A DNA stretch of 64,000 bases from Polyangiaceae bacterium (GTDB lineage: Bacteria; Myxococcota_A; Polyangia; Polyangiales; Polyangiaceae). Shown piece by piece: positions 30,222 to 39,843 of the stretch. Location of the stretch: contig JBILLK010000014.1 in NCBI GenBank assembly GCA_044376115.1, positions 64,001-128,000 of the forward strand, given 5' to 3'. Made by a program: the position numbers and the translations under genes. Position 1 is the stretch's first letter. Every line of letters begins with the position of its first letter. The notes beneath the pieces are model-generated. The model was not told the DNA's origin, ran no database searches, and saw only the letters and a list, made by a program, of their open reading frames with translations.

Positions 30222-30257
30222 GGGTTGTCGCGTCAGCGACGCAGAAACCGTGGCCGG

Positions 30258-31154
30258 CTAGTACGCGACGACGCGGTTTCTGCCGCTCGATTTTGCCTTG
30301 TAAAGGCGCGCATCGGCCGCGCCCAAAAGGCCTGCCTTGTCAGCAGCCGGGAACTCATTCGAGCAGGCGACGCCAGCGCTTGAAGTCACGCGAATGGGTT
30401 GGCCCTCGAAGTCGACGACGGACGCCTCGACCTCACGACGGAGCCGTTCTGCGACCATCGCGGCTTCCTGCAAGGGGATGCCGCGGAGGACGACGACGAA
30501 CTCTTCCCCACCGTAGCGCGCCACAACATCCTCAGGCCGCATTCCCCCGCCAAACACGCGCGCTACGCTGCGCAGCACAGCGTCACCAGCGAGATGGCCA
30601 AAGGTGTCGTTGACCTTCTTGAAGTGGTCGACGTCGATGATGATCACGCTCAACAAGGTTTGGTGGCGAGCAGCGAAGGCGAGTTCACTCATCAGCCGCT
30701 CTTCCAGGTACTTGCGATTGTAGACTCCGGTGAGCCCGTCTTTGATCGCCGCGTCATACACGCGACGCAGCGCAGCCTCTTCATCGGCGCTCACCAGCGC
30801 GAAGCGCAACATGGTGTGAAGACCAAGTTGGAGACGGTCTCCGTCGCGAAGTATCGCGGTAGTCGGTACGCGCAGGTCGTTGACGAAGGTTCCGTTCGTC
30901 GAGCCACCGTCCTTGAGCGTGTAGTCATTCCCGACGCGCATGACGATCGCGTGCTCCCGTGAAAGGCTCGGGTCCTCGAAGGGGTAGGTGCAGTCAGTCG
31001 ACCGGCCAAAGGTCACCATGCTGCCCTTCGGAATCGGCAAGACGCGGCCGGCATCCAAGCCGCTGGTCACGGTGAAAACGCCGACTCGACTCATGGCGAC
31101 CGGATCGACGTCGACAACGAAGGTCTTGGCGTTGCTATCCGGCGCTTTCGTCAT
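30258..31154 (-). CDS. FHA-GGDEF diguanylate cyclase
   Basis: FGRS, SREH and STNGT; DGLTG.YNR, DVDHFKKVND.FGH and RPEDVVARYGGEEF (intact RxxD I-site). Confidence 0.93.
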   Translation of the reverse strand: MTKAPDSNAKTFVVDVDPVAMSRVGVFTVTSGLDAGRVLPIPKGSMVTFGRSTDCTYPFEDPSLSREHAIVMRVGNDYTLKDGGSTNGTFVNDLRVPTTAILRDGDRLQLGLHTMLRFALVSADEEAALRRVYDAAIKDGLTGVYNRKYLEERLMSELAFAARHQTLLSVIIIDVDHFKKVNDTFGHLAGDAVLRSVARVFGGGMRPEDVVARYGGEEFVVVLRGIPLQEAAMVAERLRREVEASVVDFEGQPIRVTSSAGVACSNEFPAADKAGLLGAADARLYKAKSSGRNRVVAY

Positions 31155-31227
31155 CGTTCTCTCGCTGCTCCCAAACTTCTTTCAGAGTGACGCCATCTTA
31201 AAAAAACCACAAGCGCGACGCGCTCCT

Positions 31228-34200
31228 CTAGTGAAAATCCCGCGACTTTGTCGGTAACTCCCCGCCGTCCAACTCTAGCCGCTCGAGCGAATGAACGAGA
31301 ACGTGGAGCACCTCTCCCTCGCGCTCGAGCAGGCCACGCACGAGCGCCAACTTGGAGAACAGCACCGCGTGCCGAAAGCGCTCGAACACACTGACCGTAA
31401 TGATGAGATTCTGAACGCCCGTCTCATCCTCCAAGGAAACGAAGGTCACTCCGCTGGCGGTCTGAGGTCGCTGCCGCCCCGTGATTAGCCCAGCAATCGT
31501 AACCCGATGCCCATGGGCCAAATGCCGCAGCTCCTCGTGCCGAAACAGCCGCTCGGTACCCAATGAACCACGCCTGCGCAGCTCTTCACGCATATGAAGC
31601 ATTGGGTGATCTTCCACTGAGAGACCCATGCGCCCATAGTCCAGGACGAGTTGCTCCACCTTCCGCAAAGGTGGCAAGTTCGGCAGATCCTTTTGTGTCT
31701 CAAGATCCTGCTCGGCAAAAAGACCGGGTAGCCGAGGAGCGTAGGCGCGCCACATGGCGTGGCGCCGCCCTTGCTCAATGGCCTCGAGAGCGCCGGACTC
31801 TGCCAGCGCGACCAATTCGTTCTTCTTCAGGTCTGCTCGCCGCGCCAACTCCCCGACGCTGCGAAAATCACCATTGGCTCGAGCAGCCTCGATCCGACGC
31901 CCTGCCGCTTCACCGAGGCCAGCGATCTGCCGAAACCCAAGCCGCAAAGCCCATTCATCATAGGAAACCAGGCTGGGCTCCAACGCGTTATCCCAACCAC
32001 TCTTCAAGATGCAGGGCGACCGCACCTCGACACCATGGCGTTGGGCGTCCTGCACAATGCTTGAAGGACTATAAAAGCCCATGGGCTGAGCGTTGAGCAG
32101 CGAGCAGGCAAATACGCCTGGATGATGCGTCTTTAGCCAAGCGGAAGCATAAACGATTAAAGCAAAACTAGCGGCATGGGACTCCGGGAAGCCGTACTCG
32201 CCAAACCCCTGGATCTGCTTGAAGAGCGCCTCTCCGAACTCCTCAGTTATTCCGCGCCGGGAAAAGCCCGCAAGCAACTTATCGCGATGACGTTCGAGCC
32301 GCCCATGCTTCTTCCAAGCAGCCATATCACGTCGCAGCTGGTCGGCCTCGCCTGCGCTGTAGTCGGCGCCGACCATGGCTATTTGCATGACCTGCTCTTG
32401 AAATAGCGGGACACCGAGCGTTCGCTCGAGGATGCCCTCGAGACACGGGTGAGGTGCACGCGCAGGCTCCTGGCCGGTCCTCCTACGCAAGTAAGGGTGC
32501 ACCATCCCACCTTGAATGGGGCCTGGCCGCACGATCGCCACCTCGATCACGAGGTCATAAAAACACTTGGGCTTGAGCCGCGGGAGCATCGACATTTGTG
32601 CGCGGCTCTCAATCTGAAATACACCCACGGTGTCGGCTCGACCAATTGCCTCATACGTCTTTGGGTCTTCCGCCGGTATGCGAGATACGACCTCGAGCGG
32701 ATCGAACAACTCCTCCGCGCTCGACCGAATGGCGGGATCGAGCCCAAGCTCATGGAGCAAGGCCAGACTCTTACGAACGCAGGTCAACATGCCAAGGCCG
32801 AGCACATCCATCTTGAAGAACCCCAGCGTATCGAGGTCATCCTTGTCCCAGGGGATGACGGTTCTTCCCTCCATGCGGCCAGGCTCGACAGGGGCCACGT
32901 GGTCGAGCGGCTCGGCACTCAAAATGAACCCACCGACGTGAATGCCCAGGTGTCTCGGCGTTCCCTCGAGCAGCTTGGCCACGTGGATCGTCTTTAGCAG
33001 CCGCTCTTCCTTTGGATCGAGCCCGAGCTCCTTCACCAGAGCCTCTGTCACGTCCGCCAAATCATAACGGAGCACCAGCCCCGTCAAGCGATCGAGCTGA
33101 TCACTCGATAGGCCGAAGACCTTCCCCACCTCGCGCAGCGAGCTTCTCCCGCGATAGCATATTACTTCACAGACCATCGCGGAGCGGTCCCTGCCGTAGG
33201 TGGAATAGATCTCCTGAATTACCTCTTCCCTTCGTTCATGTTCGAAGTCTACGTCTATATCTGGCGGCTCAGCTCGCTCGGCGGAAAGAAACCGCTCAAA
33301 AAGCAGATTTGACCGAGCTGGATCAACCGCCGTAATGGACAGTGCAAAACAGACCGCACTATTGGCAGCGCTACCTCGCCCCTGGCAGAGGATCCGTTTG
33401 CGCTTCGCCATCTGCACCACCTCATAGACACTTAAAAAATAGGGCGCCACCCCGAGCTTGGCGATGAGTGCCAGCTCCTTGTTGCATTGCTCCACCACCG
33501 ATGCGGGAGGCCCTGCGGACCACACTGGCGGAGCGTAGCGAGCACGCAGCCCTGCCTCTGTCATCCTACGCAAGGTGTTGTCAGGCGTTTCTCCTTCGAG
33601 ACAATACTGGTTGCACGGAAACTGATAGCGTAACTCCGCAAAAGAGAAGGTCAGCCCCTCGGCCAGCTCCCCTGCCCTGTACACCCACTCTGGGTGATCA
33701 CGGAATAGCGCCAACATTTGCTCCTCATTGCGGAGCCTTGCCTCAGCATTCACCAGTAGAGAGCGCCCAGCTTGATCCAACGTTTGCTTGCGACGAATGC
33801 ACGCCACCGCGTCGCAAAGGACCCGACGACTCGCACAGTGAAAAAGTGGACGCATGGTCGCGAACGGCTTGGCAGAGAGCTGCTCCGCGAGCCATGTGCC
33901 ACAACTCGCGCGGTCACCATCCAGGCCGTCCAGCGCGCGATGAATGGCCACGTGTGTCTGACCTGCGAACGCGGCTAGAACCGCGGCCCATTCAGGAGCC
34001 CAATCCCTAGGCGCAAGCCCACCCGCAGAGAGCAGCTCTGCGTCTACACCAAAGACCAATTCAAGCCCCGCTGAGCTTTCCGCGAGATGACGCAGGTCAA
34101 GTCGTGCAATGCCCTTCTCATACGGCTGGTGAGAGAGCGTCAAAAGCCGACACAGGTTGCGATAACCAGCATGGGTGCGCAAAAGAAGAATCACGCGTAA

Positions 34201-34482
34201 CGGCATCCCCGGTAACCAACTGGGGTACCCCGCTCCTGAAGGCACGTGCGCGTCCACGCCAGCATAGGCGATCGTCAGCTCCGCACCGCTGATCAGCCGG
34301 CCCCCATTTTCCTTCGCCTCGCGATAGGCTCTTACTAAACCGTAGATACCGTCTCTATCAGCGATACCCAAAGCAGGCATGCCTAGCTCTCGCGCACGTG
34401 TAATCAGCTCTTCCGGGTGGGAGGCCCCCTCGAGGAACGAAAAGTTACTCCGCGCACAGAGTTCTACAAACGGAGGCCTCAT
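31228..34482 (-). CDS. dnaE2: Error-prone DNA polymerase III alpha subunit DnaE2 (ImuC)
   Basis: SNFSFLEGASHPEEL, GRGSAANS, PPDIDVDF, YGFPESHA and C-terminal SRDFH. Confidence 0.96.
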   Translation of the reverse strand: MRPPFVELCARSNFSFLEGASHPEELITRARELGMPALGIADRDGIYGLVRAYREAKENGGRLISGAELTIAYAGVDAHVPSGAGYPSWLPGMPLRVILLLRTHAGYRNLCRLLTLSHQPYEKGIARLDLRHLAESSAGLELVFGVDAELLSAGGLAPRDWAPEWAAVLAAFAGQTHVAIHRALDGLDGDRASCGTWLAEQLSAKPFATMRPLFHCASRRVLCDAVACIRRKQTLDQAGRSLLVNAEARLRNEEQMLALFRDHPEWVYRAGELAEGLTFSFAELRYQFPCNQYCLEGETPDNTLRRMTEAGLRARYAPPVWSAGPPASVVEQCNKELALIAKLGVAPYFLSVYEVVQMAKRKRILCQGRGSAANSAVCFALSITAVDPARSNLLFERFLSAERAEPPDIDVDFEHERREEVIQEIYSTYGRDRSAMVCEVICYRGRSSLREVGKVFGLSSDQLDRLTGLVLRYDLADVTEALVKELGLDPKEERLLKTIHVAKLLEGTPRHLGIHVGGFILSAEPLDHVAPVEPGRMEGRTVIPWDKDDLDTLGFFKMDVLGLGMLTCVRKSLALLHELGLDPAIRSSAEELFDPLEVVSRIPAEDPKTYEAIGRADTVGVFQIESRAQMSMLPRLKPKCFYDLVIEVAIVRPGPIQGGMVHPYLRRRTGQEPARAPHPCLEGILERTLGVPLFQEQVMQIAMVGADYSAGEADQLRRDMAAWKKHGRLERHRDKLLAGFSRRGITEEFGEALFKQIQGFGEYGFPESHAASFALIVYASAWLKTHHPGVFACSLLNAQPMGFYSPSSIVQDAQRHGVEVRSPCILKSGWDNALEPSLVSYDEWALRLGFRQIAGLGEAAGRRIEAARANGDFRSVGELARRADLKKNELVALAESGALEAIEQGRRHAMWRAYAPRLPGLFAEQDLETQKDLPNLPPLRKVEQLVLDYGRMGLSVEDHPMLHMREELRRRGSLGTERLFRHEELRHLAHGHRVTIAGLITGRQRPQTASGVTFVSLEDETGVQNLIITVSVFERFRHAVLFSKLALVRGLLEREGEVLHVLVHSLERLELDGGELPTKSRDFH

Positions 34483-34494
34483 TGGGCAACCCGC

Positions 34495-36360
34495 TCATTC
34501 CCAGAAGCCGTGCAAAAAGGCTTCTCCGGTTTTCCTATCGATATATATCCAAGCCAGGATGGTCGCGGCTGACTCTGCACTCCGCTTCGTGCTTGCGGGA
34601 AGCTCCAGCTCTACACGCAGATAGTCTCTGCTGGGGCTTACCTTGGTCCACCACACGACGGAATCCATCCGCCGGTCAAACTGAACACTACGAATGGTAA
34701 ACGTCTCTGAATCGATGACCAACGTCCCGCCGCTCTTCAAGAAGTTCGAAGAGCCGCGCTTGGAGCCATCCCTGGTTGCGCCAAAAGGGCCAAGTGCCAC
34801 TGGCGTGGGTAATAACCTCGAGGGCTCTTCAGGCTTTGGAACGGAAAACTTCAGATCGGTTTGAGCCTTCACGCTTGCTCGACGAGCCGTGCGAGCGCGG
34901 TTCTCACTGAGCACGTTGGACCACTCCAGGCGAGCCCCATGCTCAGGACGATGATCATCCTCGAGCTTCAACATGCCGACTCGCTCGGCGCCGAGCTCTG
35001 CGGATAACTCGGACAAGAGGGCTGGTAACGCCTCTGGGCTCACTCTGGAAGCTCGCGAAAGATCCAGTTGCAGGGCTGGAGCCTCCATCAAACGTGACAA
35101 GGATAAGTCCAAGGCAACACAAGGCGCCAAGAGGCTCAGTGTTTCAACCTTGGCCTTGATCGCCCGAAACAGATCCTCCGTTGAGGAAAGCGGAGCCGGC
35201 AAATCCACCGAAAGGGCAACGCGCGTCACGTCCTCCACGAGGTTGGAGACCCGCCAGTTTGATGCGCGCGCAGACGCCTCCGCCGCAGAGAACCGCGCCA
35301 TCGTCTTGTCGTAATGAAGCACTATATCGATACGGTTGGTCGCCTGCCTCCTACCGGTCAAGCGACTGGACAACCGGGAGATCATCCCTCGAATTGCAAA
35401 AACCAACTGAGGTGCAGTCTCCACGCCGTCCTCAAAGACCATCTTGTCCGTAAGTACGACCGCTGGTGAAAATGGCACGAGCGGCCGCGGATCATAGCCT
35501 TGTAACCAACGCATCACGAGTTCGGCTGGCTCTACCCCCAACAAAGCAACCAACCGAGAAGAAAGCTGCGCCCGATCAATCAACATTAAATCATACAGCG
35601 TAAAAACCCCGAGCCGCGCAAACGTCTCGACCAAGGGGCTTGCTTGCGTTGGCACGAGCAACTCTTTTGCCGGTAGCCATTCACTATCCGGGATGGCTTG
35701 GAGGGAAAGGGCGCGACTGAGCGAAGACAGCGGCAACGGAGCGATAGCACTCTTACTCGCGCCTTCTTCAGCGATGCGTTGGACCCCCGGATAGATAGAT
35801 GAATAGCGCGCGAGAGCCTGTGCGTGGAAGGCCCCGTCTGCGAGACCCACCTCAACACGTGTTGACCGGCCAGCCGCAGACAGCCATTGGCCAATACGCT
35901 GCTGCATGGCCTCGAGCAGGCCGGTTTCTCCGCCGAAGAGGTGCGCGCCTCCCGAAACATCTACCCAAAGAGTGTCCTCAAAGGCGACTTCAACTGGGGT
36001 GCCAAAGCCCATGACGACCTCAGCGAGCTCCCCAAGGGCCTGCACCAGCCGCCCGGGTGGCAAATGCACATAACGAACGTTTGCCGAGCGAGCCATAGCA
36101 GCGGAAACGCGCATCCCAGGCCGAATACCGAGAGAGGCGGCCTTGTCATCAACAGCAGAAACCCAGCTTGTGCCCGCAGGCCCCGCGCCGACTCTTTCTG
36201 TGGAAGCAAGCGCTGGTTCTTCAGCATAGAGGACGGCAAGTCCACTCGCTTTGGCAGCCCCATCCCCCTGCGGAGACAAATCAACCGCTCCGCCTGCATG
36301 GTGTTGGCGCGCAAGCTCACATGCGAGCTGCGGAAGAACGACAGCAGCCAAACGCCTCAC
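34495..36360 (-). CDS. imuB: ImuB, catalytically inactive Y-family polymerase homolog
   Basis: LGIRPGM, DVSGGAHLFGGE, QLDL clamp motif and C-terminal WW..RDY...W.Y..FLHG. Start at GTG 36360 (alternative ATG 36369). Confidence 0.88.
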   Translation of the reverse strand: MRRLAAVVLPQLACELARQHHAGGAVDLSPQGDGAAKASGLAVLYAEEPALASTERVGAGPAGTSWVSAVDDKAASLGIRPGMRVSAAMARSANVRYVHLPPGRLVQALGELAEVVMGFGTPVEVAFEDTLWVDVSGGAHLFGGETGLLEAMQQRIGQWLSAAGRSTRVEVGLADGAFHAQALARYSSIYPGVQRIAEEGASKSAIAPLPLSSLSRALSLQAIPDSEWLPAKELLVPTQASPLVETFARLGVFTLYDLMLIDRAQLSSRLVALLGVEPAELVMRWLQGYDPRPLVPFSPAVVLTDKMVFEDGVETAPQLVFAIRGMISRLSSRLTGRRQATNRIDIVLHYDKTMARFSAAEASARASNWRVSNLVEDVTRVALSVDLPAPLSSTEDLFRAIKAKVETLSLLAPCVALDLSLSRLMEAPALQLDLSRASRVSPEALPALLSELSAELGAERVGMLKLEDDHRPEHGARLEWSNVLSENRARTARRASVKAQTDLKFSVPKPEEPSRLLPTPVALGPFGATRDGSKRGSSNFLKSGGTLVIDSETFTIRSVQFDRRMDSVVWWTKVSPSRDYLRVELELPASTKRSAESAATILAWIYIDRKTGEAFLHGFWE

Positions 36361-36380
36361 ACTGAACATCTGAGCATATA
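36355..36380 (-). promoter_or_regulatory. Conserved motif at the imuB start (candidate SOS operator/promoter)
   Basis: Minus strand TATATGCTCAGATGTTCAGT-GTGAGG; 20 of 26 nt identical to the imuA copy. Confidence 0.55.
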
Positions 36381-36392
36381 ACAGTAGCGAGA

Positions 36393-37271
36393 TCAACCGG
36401 CCAACGCAGCTTGGATGGCTGGCGCAACGCGACCGAAGCGATCTTTGGCAACCTTGACCAGCCACCGTTTGGGCGCTGGGCTCTCCACCTCCAAGCGGAG
36501 GGAGACGGGCAGCGGGAGTGCACGACGCTGGGCGCTGTCTGTGAGTAGCAGAATGGTGGTGTCAGCACGTTCAACCGCAAGCGCGAGACGCCGAACCACC
36601 GTGCCCCAGCGATCGAGAGAGACGGTTGACCACTGGCCCTTCTGAGCCGCACCTGGAACACCTGCGGTGTCCACCACAATCACCGCAAAGGCGTGACTCT
36701 CGGCCATTCTGACGACCACCCGCGACAAGGCCTCCAAGGGAGGTCTCACGACGATCAAACGTGTTGGGTCGACGCGGTGAGAAAGAAGTGCCGGCCCATG
36801 AAGCGTGCCCCACGGGTCGACGAAGGCGCACATCGCCCCGAGCGTTCTCTCATCACCCCCGCGCGATCGGGCTTCAGCTTGGGCCGAAGCACAGGCCGCT
36901 AAACCAAGCGAAGTAATGCGACCAAGCCCACGATAGGCGCTCACTTCCACAACGGCTCCACGAGGAAGCCCACCGTCTGGAAGGACCTGATCCAAGGAAG
37001 GGCCGCCTCCCACCGGCTGGACTTGAGAAGACAGCCACGTCCGCTCAACCCTGGCCGCAGCAGGAGCCCGATCAAAGTGCAGAACCTCTGCGCTGGACGC
37101 AGGCTCCGCCTGCCGAACCCAAACCCCTGGGATCCCGCTCGCTAAATGACTCGTGCCAAGTCGAAGCTCCACCGGGGCCTTCGGCCGCTTTAATCGAAGA
37201 GGGCCCGAGTCATTCTGTTCACTGCATCCGCCTTCGGCGGAATTAAGAAGATCAGGTGCGGAGGCCCTCAT
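36393..37271 (-). CDS. imuA: ImuA, RecA-like mutagenesis accessory protein
   Basis: LDQVLPDGGLPRGAVVEV, AFVDP, LIVVRP and RRLALA; first gene of the imuABC cassette. Confidence 0.88.
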   Translation of the reverse strand: MRASAPDLLNSAEGGCSEQNDSGPLRLKRPKAPVELRLGTSHLASGIPGVWVRQAEPASSAEVLHFDRAPAAARVERTWLSSQVQPVGGGPSLDQVLPDGGLPRGAVVEVSAYRGLGRITSLGLAACASAQAEARSRGGDERTLGAMCAFVDPWGTLHGPALLSHRVDPTRLIVVRPPLEALSRVVVRMAESHAFAVIVVDTAGVPGAAQKGQWSTVSLDRWGTVVRRLALAVERADTTILLLTDSAQRRALPLPVSLRLEVESPAPKRWLVKVAKDRFGRVAPAIQAALAG

Positions 37272-37291
37272 ACTGAACGGATTAGCATCTA
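37266..37291 (-). promoter_or_regulatory. Conserved motif at the imuA start (candidate SOS operator/promoter)
   Basis: Minus strand TAGATGCTAATCCGTTCAGT-ATGAGG. Confidence 0.55.
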
Positions 37292-37411
37292 TGGCGTTGA
37301 TTGCCAATCCTGGCCCCACCGGAGAGCTGACATTGATTGTCCTGCCTAAGGGGTCTCACTTTTTGCGCCATCCAGCTTTGGTGAACCCAAAGCAGTCGTA
37401 TCCTGCCGCCC

Positions 37412-38485
37412 GTGAAACTCCCTGTCTCGCCCCCGGTCGAACCGATGTTGGCCAACCGCCTCACCGCCGTTCCTGAGCAAGAAGGCTTGCTGTTTGAACC
37501 GAAGTGGGACGGCTTCCGAACGCTCGTTTTCCGCGACGGCGACGAGCTTGTCTTGCAAAGCCGCGACAAGAAGCCGATGGGCCGCTACTTCCCCGACCTC
37601 GACGAGCCGCTCCGCAAGTGGCTGCCCGAGCGAGCGGTCCTCGATGGCGAGATCGTGATTGAGCGCAACGGCGCCCTCGACTTCGAGGCGATGCAACTGC
37701 GACTTCATCCAGCGGCCTCCCGCGTAAAGATGTTGGCCGAGGAGACCCCTGCGGCGATCGTCTTCTGGGACCTGCTTGCGCTCGGCGATGACAGCCTGAT
37801 GCAGACGCCGTTCGAGCAACGAAGGCGCAAACTCGAAGAGGTGCTGAAGCTCGCAGAAGCGCCGGTCTACATCACGCCGGCGACGAGTGACCGCACGCTC
37901 GCGACCGAGTGGTTTCACCGCTTCGAGGGCGCTGGGCTCGACGGCATCATGGCCAAGCCGAAAGACGGCCTCTACCAGCCGGGCAAGCGCGCGATGTTCA
38001 AGGTGAAGCATGAGCGCACCTGCGATTGTGTGATCGCCGGCTTTCGCTGGCACAAGGATGGGAAAGGCACCCTGGTAGGGAGCCTCGTGCTTGCGCTCTA
38101 CGATGACCAAGGAGTGCTGCACTCGGTGGGAGTCGCCGCGAGCTTCACGGCCGCCAAACGCAAAGAGTTGGTGAGCTTTCTTGCGCCCTACCGCGAGGGC
38201 GCGAAGGAGAGCCACCCGTGGAAGGAGTGGTCGGCAGCTGACGCTGCTGGTCGTCGCCCTGACATGAAGAGTCGATGGAACGCTAACAAGAGCCTCGACT
38301 GGGAACCGCTGCGCATCGAGCTCGTGTGTGAGGTGGCCTACGATCACATGCAGGGCTCTCGCTTCCGCCACACGGCGCAGTTCCGACGCTTTCGCAGCGA
38401 CCGCACGCCCGAGAGTTGCAACTACTCCCAACTCGAGGTGACACCGCCCGAGGAGCTCTCGCAGATCTTGCGAAAGAAGCTCTAA
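37412..38485 (+). CDS. ligC: ATP-dependent DNA ligase, LigC type
   Basis: PPVEPMLA, FEPKWDGFR, LDGEIV, GAGLDG, YQPGKR.M.KVKH and FRHTAQF. Confidence 0.93.
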   Translation: MKLPVSPPVEPMLANRLTAVPEQEGLLFEPKWDGFRTLVFRDGDELVLQSRDKKPMGRYFPDLDEPLRKWLPERAVLDGEIVIERNGALDFEAMQLRLHPAASRVKMLAEETPAAIVFWDLLALGDDSLMQTPFEQRRRKLEEVLKLAEAPVYITPATSDRTLATEWFHRFEGAGLDGIMAKPKDGLYQPGKRAMFKVKHERTCDCVIAGFRWHKDGKGTLVGSLVLALYDDQGVLHSVGVAASFTAAKRKELVSFLAPYREGAKESHPWKEWSAADAAGRRPDMKSRWNANKSLDWEPLRIELVCEVAYDHMQGSRFRHTAQFRRFRSDRTPESCNYSQLEVTPPEELSQILRKKL

Positions 38486-38489
38486 GCGT

Positions 38490-39764
38490 TCAGCGGAAGG
38501 TGTGCGTGCTTTCGTTCGGGTCGGGCGTTGCCTGTGCCGGGCGGAGTTCGCTCGGCACGTTGCGCAGGTTGACCCGGATGCGCGTCCACGTGGATGAGCG
38601 CCCGCGCATGCTGTCGACCAGGACGTCCTCCTCGGCAACGTGTGCGGCCGCCTGCGGATGCCGCTGCTTCCAGCGCTCGAGCCCGAGCAAAGCGTCCTCT
38701 TTGCGTTGCGCGTTGGCGATGATCAGGATCGGTATGGGTGCACGGGCATTCGTTGCGCCGCCGCGCGCGCGCGAGGGAGCAACGCGCGGCGCTTCTTGCG
38801 CGCCTTTGGGATGATGAGGCGGCCACGGCGCATCGGGTAAGCCCTTCGCGTCGTCATGCTCTGCCAGCGCAAGCAGCTCCTGAATCGACCCGGCAGTCTC
38901 ATTCAGCTGGCGAGCAGGGTCACCCAACGACAGCAAGCGCGCCGGCACCGAACGGACCGTAAACGCGGCAGGATCACAGTCGGGCACCTCCTCCCAAAAG
39001 AGCGGCGTGGAGACTCGTGCATCGGGTAAAGGCCGCACGGAGTACGCCGAGGCGGTGGTCTTGTCCTTGGCGTTCTGGTTGTAGTCGATGAAGACGCCGT
39101 GACGCTCTTCCTTCCACCACTTGCTGGTCGCGAGCTTGGGCACCCGCCGCTCGACCTCACGAGCAAGCGCGAGGGCAGCACGCCGAACCTCCTCGAAGCC
39201 GAAGCGCGGCTCGATGCGAACGAGAATGTGCATTCCTCGTGAACCGCTGGTCTTCGGGAAGCCGCGCAAGCCGAGTTCGTCGAGCAGCTTTTTCACCTCC
39301 AGCGCGACGAGCCGCACGTCAGCGAACGGCACCCCAGGCCCAGGATCGAGGTCGATGCGCAGCTCATCCGGATGCTCGAGATCGCGCGAGCGAACGGCGT
39401 GCGGATGCAACTCGATGCAGCCCAGATTGACCACGTAAGCGAGCCCCGCAGCATCGTCGATGACCAGCTCCTCGGCCGTGCGCCCCGATGGGAACGCGAG
39501 TTCAACCGTGCGCAACCACTCGGGTCGAGGCTTGGGCGCACGCTTTTGGTAGAAGGCTTCACCTGCGGCACCATTCACGTAGCGCTTGAGCACGAGCGGA
39601 CGATCGCGAATGCCCAAGAGCGCCCCCTCGGCGACCGCGAGATAGTAGTCGACCAGCTCCAGCTTGGAGATCCCGGCCTCGCGAAAGTAGAGCTTGCTTG
39701 GATGAGTGACTCGCAGCTCACGGTCGCCAACCGACAAGATGTGCGGCGCCTCTTCTTTCGTCAC
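38490..39764 (-). CDS. Stand-alone LigD-type primase-polymerase (Prim-PolC-like) with C-terminal extension
   Basis: THPSK, FYQKRAP, PDELRIDLDP, KTSGSRGMH, WWKEER, FIDYNQN and SAYSVR. Confidence 0.9.
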   Translation of the reverse strand: MTKEEAPHILSVGDRELRVTHPSKLYFREAGISKLELVDYYLAVAEGALLGIRDRPLVLKRYVNGAAGEAFYQKRAPKPRPEWLRTVELAFPSGRTAEELVIDDAAGLAYVVNLGCIELHPHAVRSRDLEHPDELRIDLDPGPGVPFADVRLVALEVKKLLDELGLRGFPKTSGSRGMHILVRIEPRFGFEEVRRAALALAREVERRVPKLATSKWWKEERHGVFIDYNQNAKDKTTASAYSVRPLPDARVSTPLFWEEVPDCDPAAFTVRSVPARLLSLGDPARQLNETAGSIQELLALAEHDDAKGLPDAPWPPHHPKGAQEAPRVAPSRARGGATNARAPIPILIIANAQRKEDALLGLERWKQRHPQAAAHVAEEDVLVDSMRGRSSTWTRIRVNLRNVPSELRPAQATPDPNESTHTFR

Positions 39765-39843
39765 GGCCGTACGATAGCAAACGCCGAGCAGCACTCGAAT
39801 AGCCCGCCTACCTTGCGTGTGCAGGCTCCGCTACACTCGGCTC

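Noticed and set aside
38482..38494. CTAAGCGTTCAG, resembling the imu motif
   Set aside because: Lies at the convergent stop codons of ligC and Prim-Pol, has different spacing and is not upstream of any gene.
37346..38638. 430-aa minus-strand ORF
   Set aside because: Antisense shadow of ligC.
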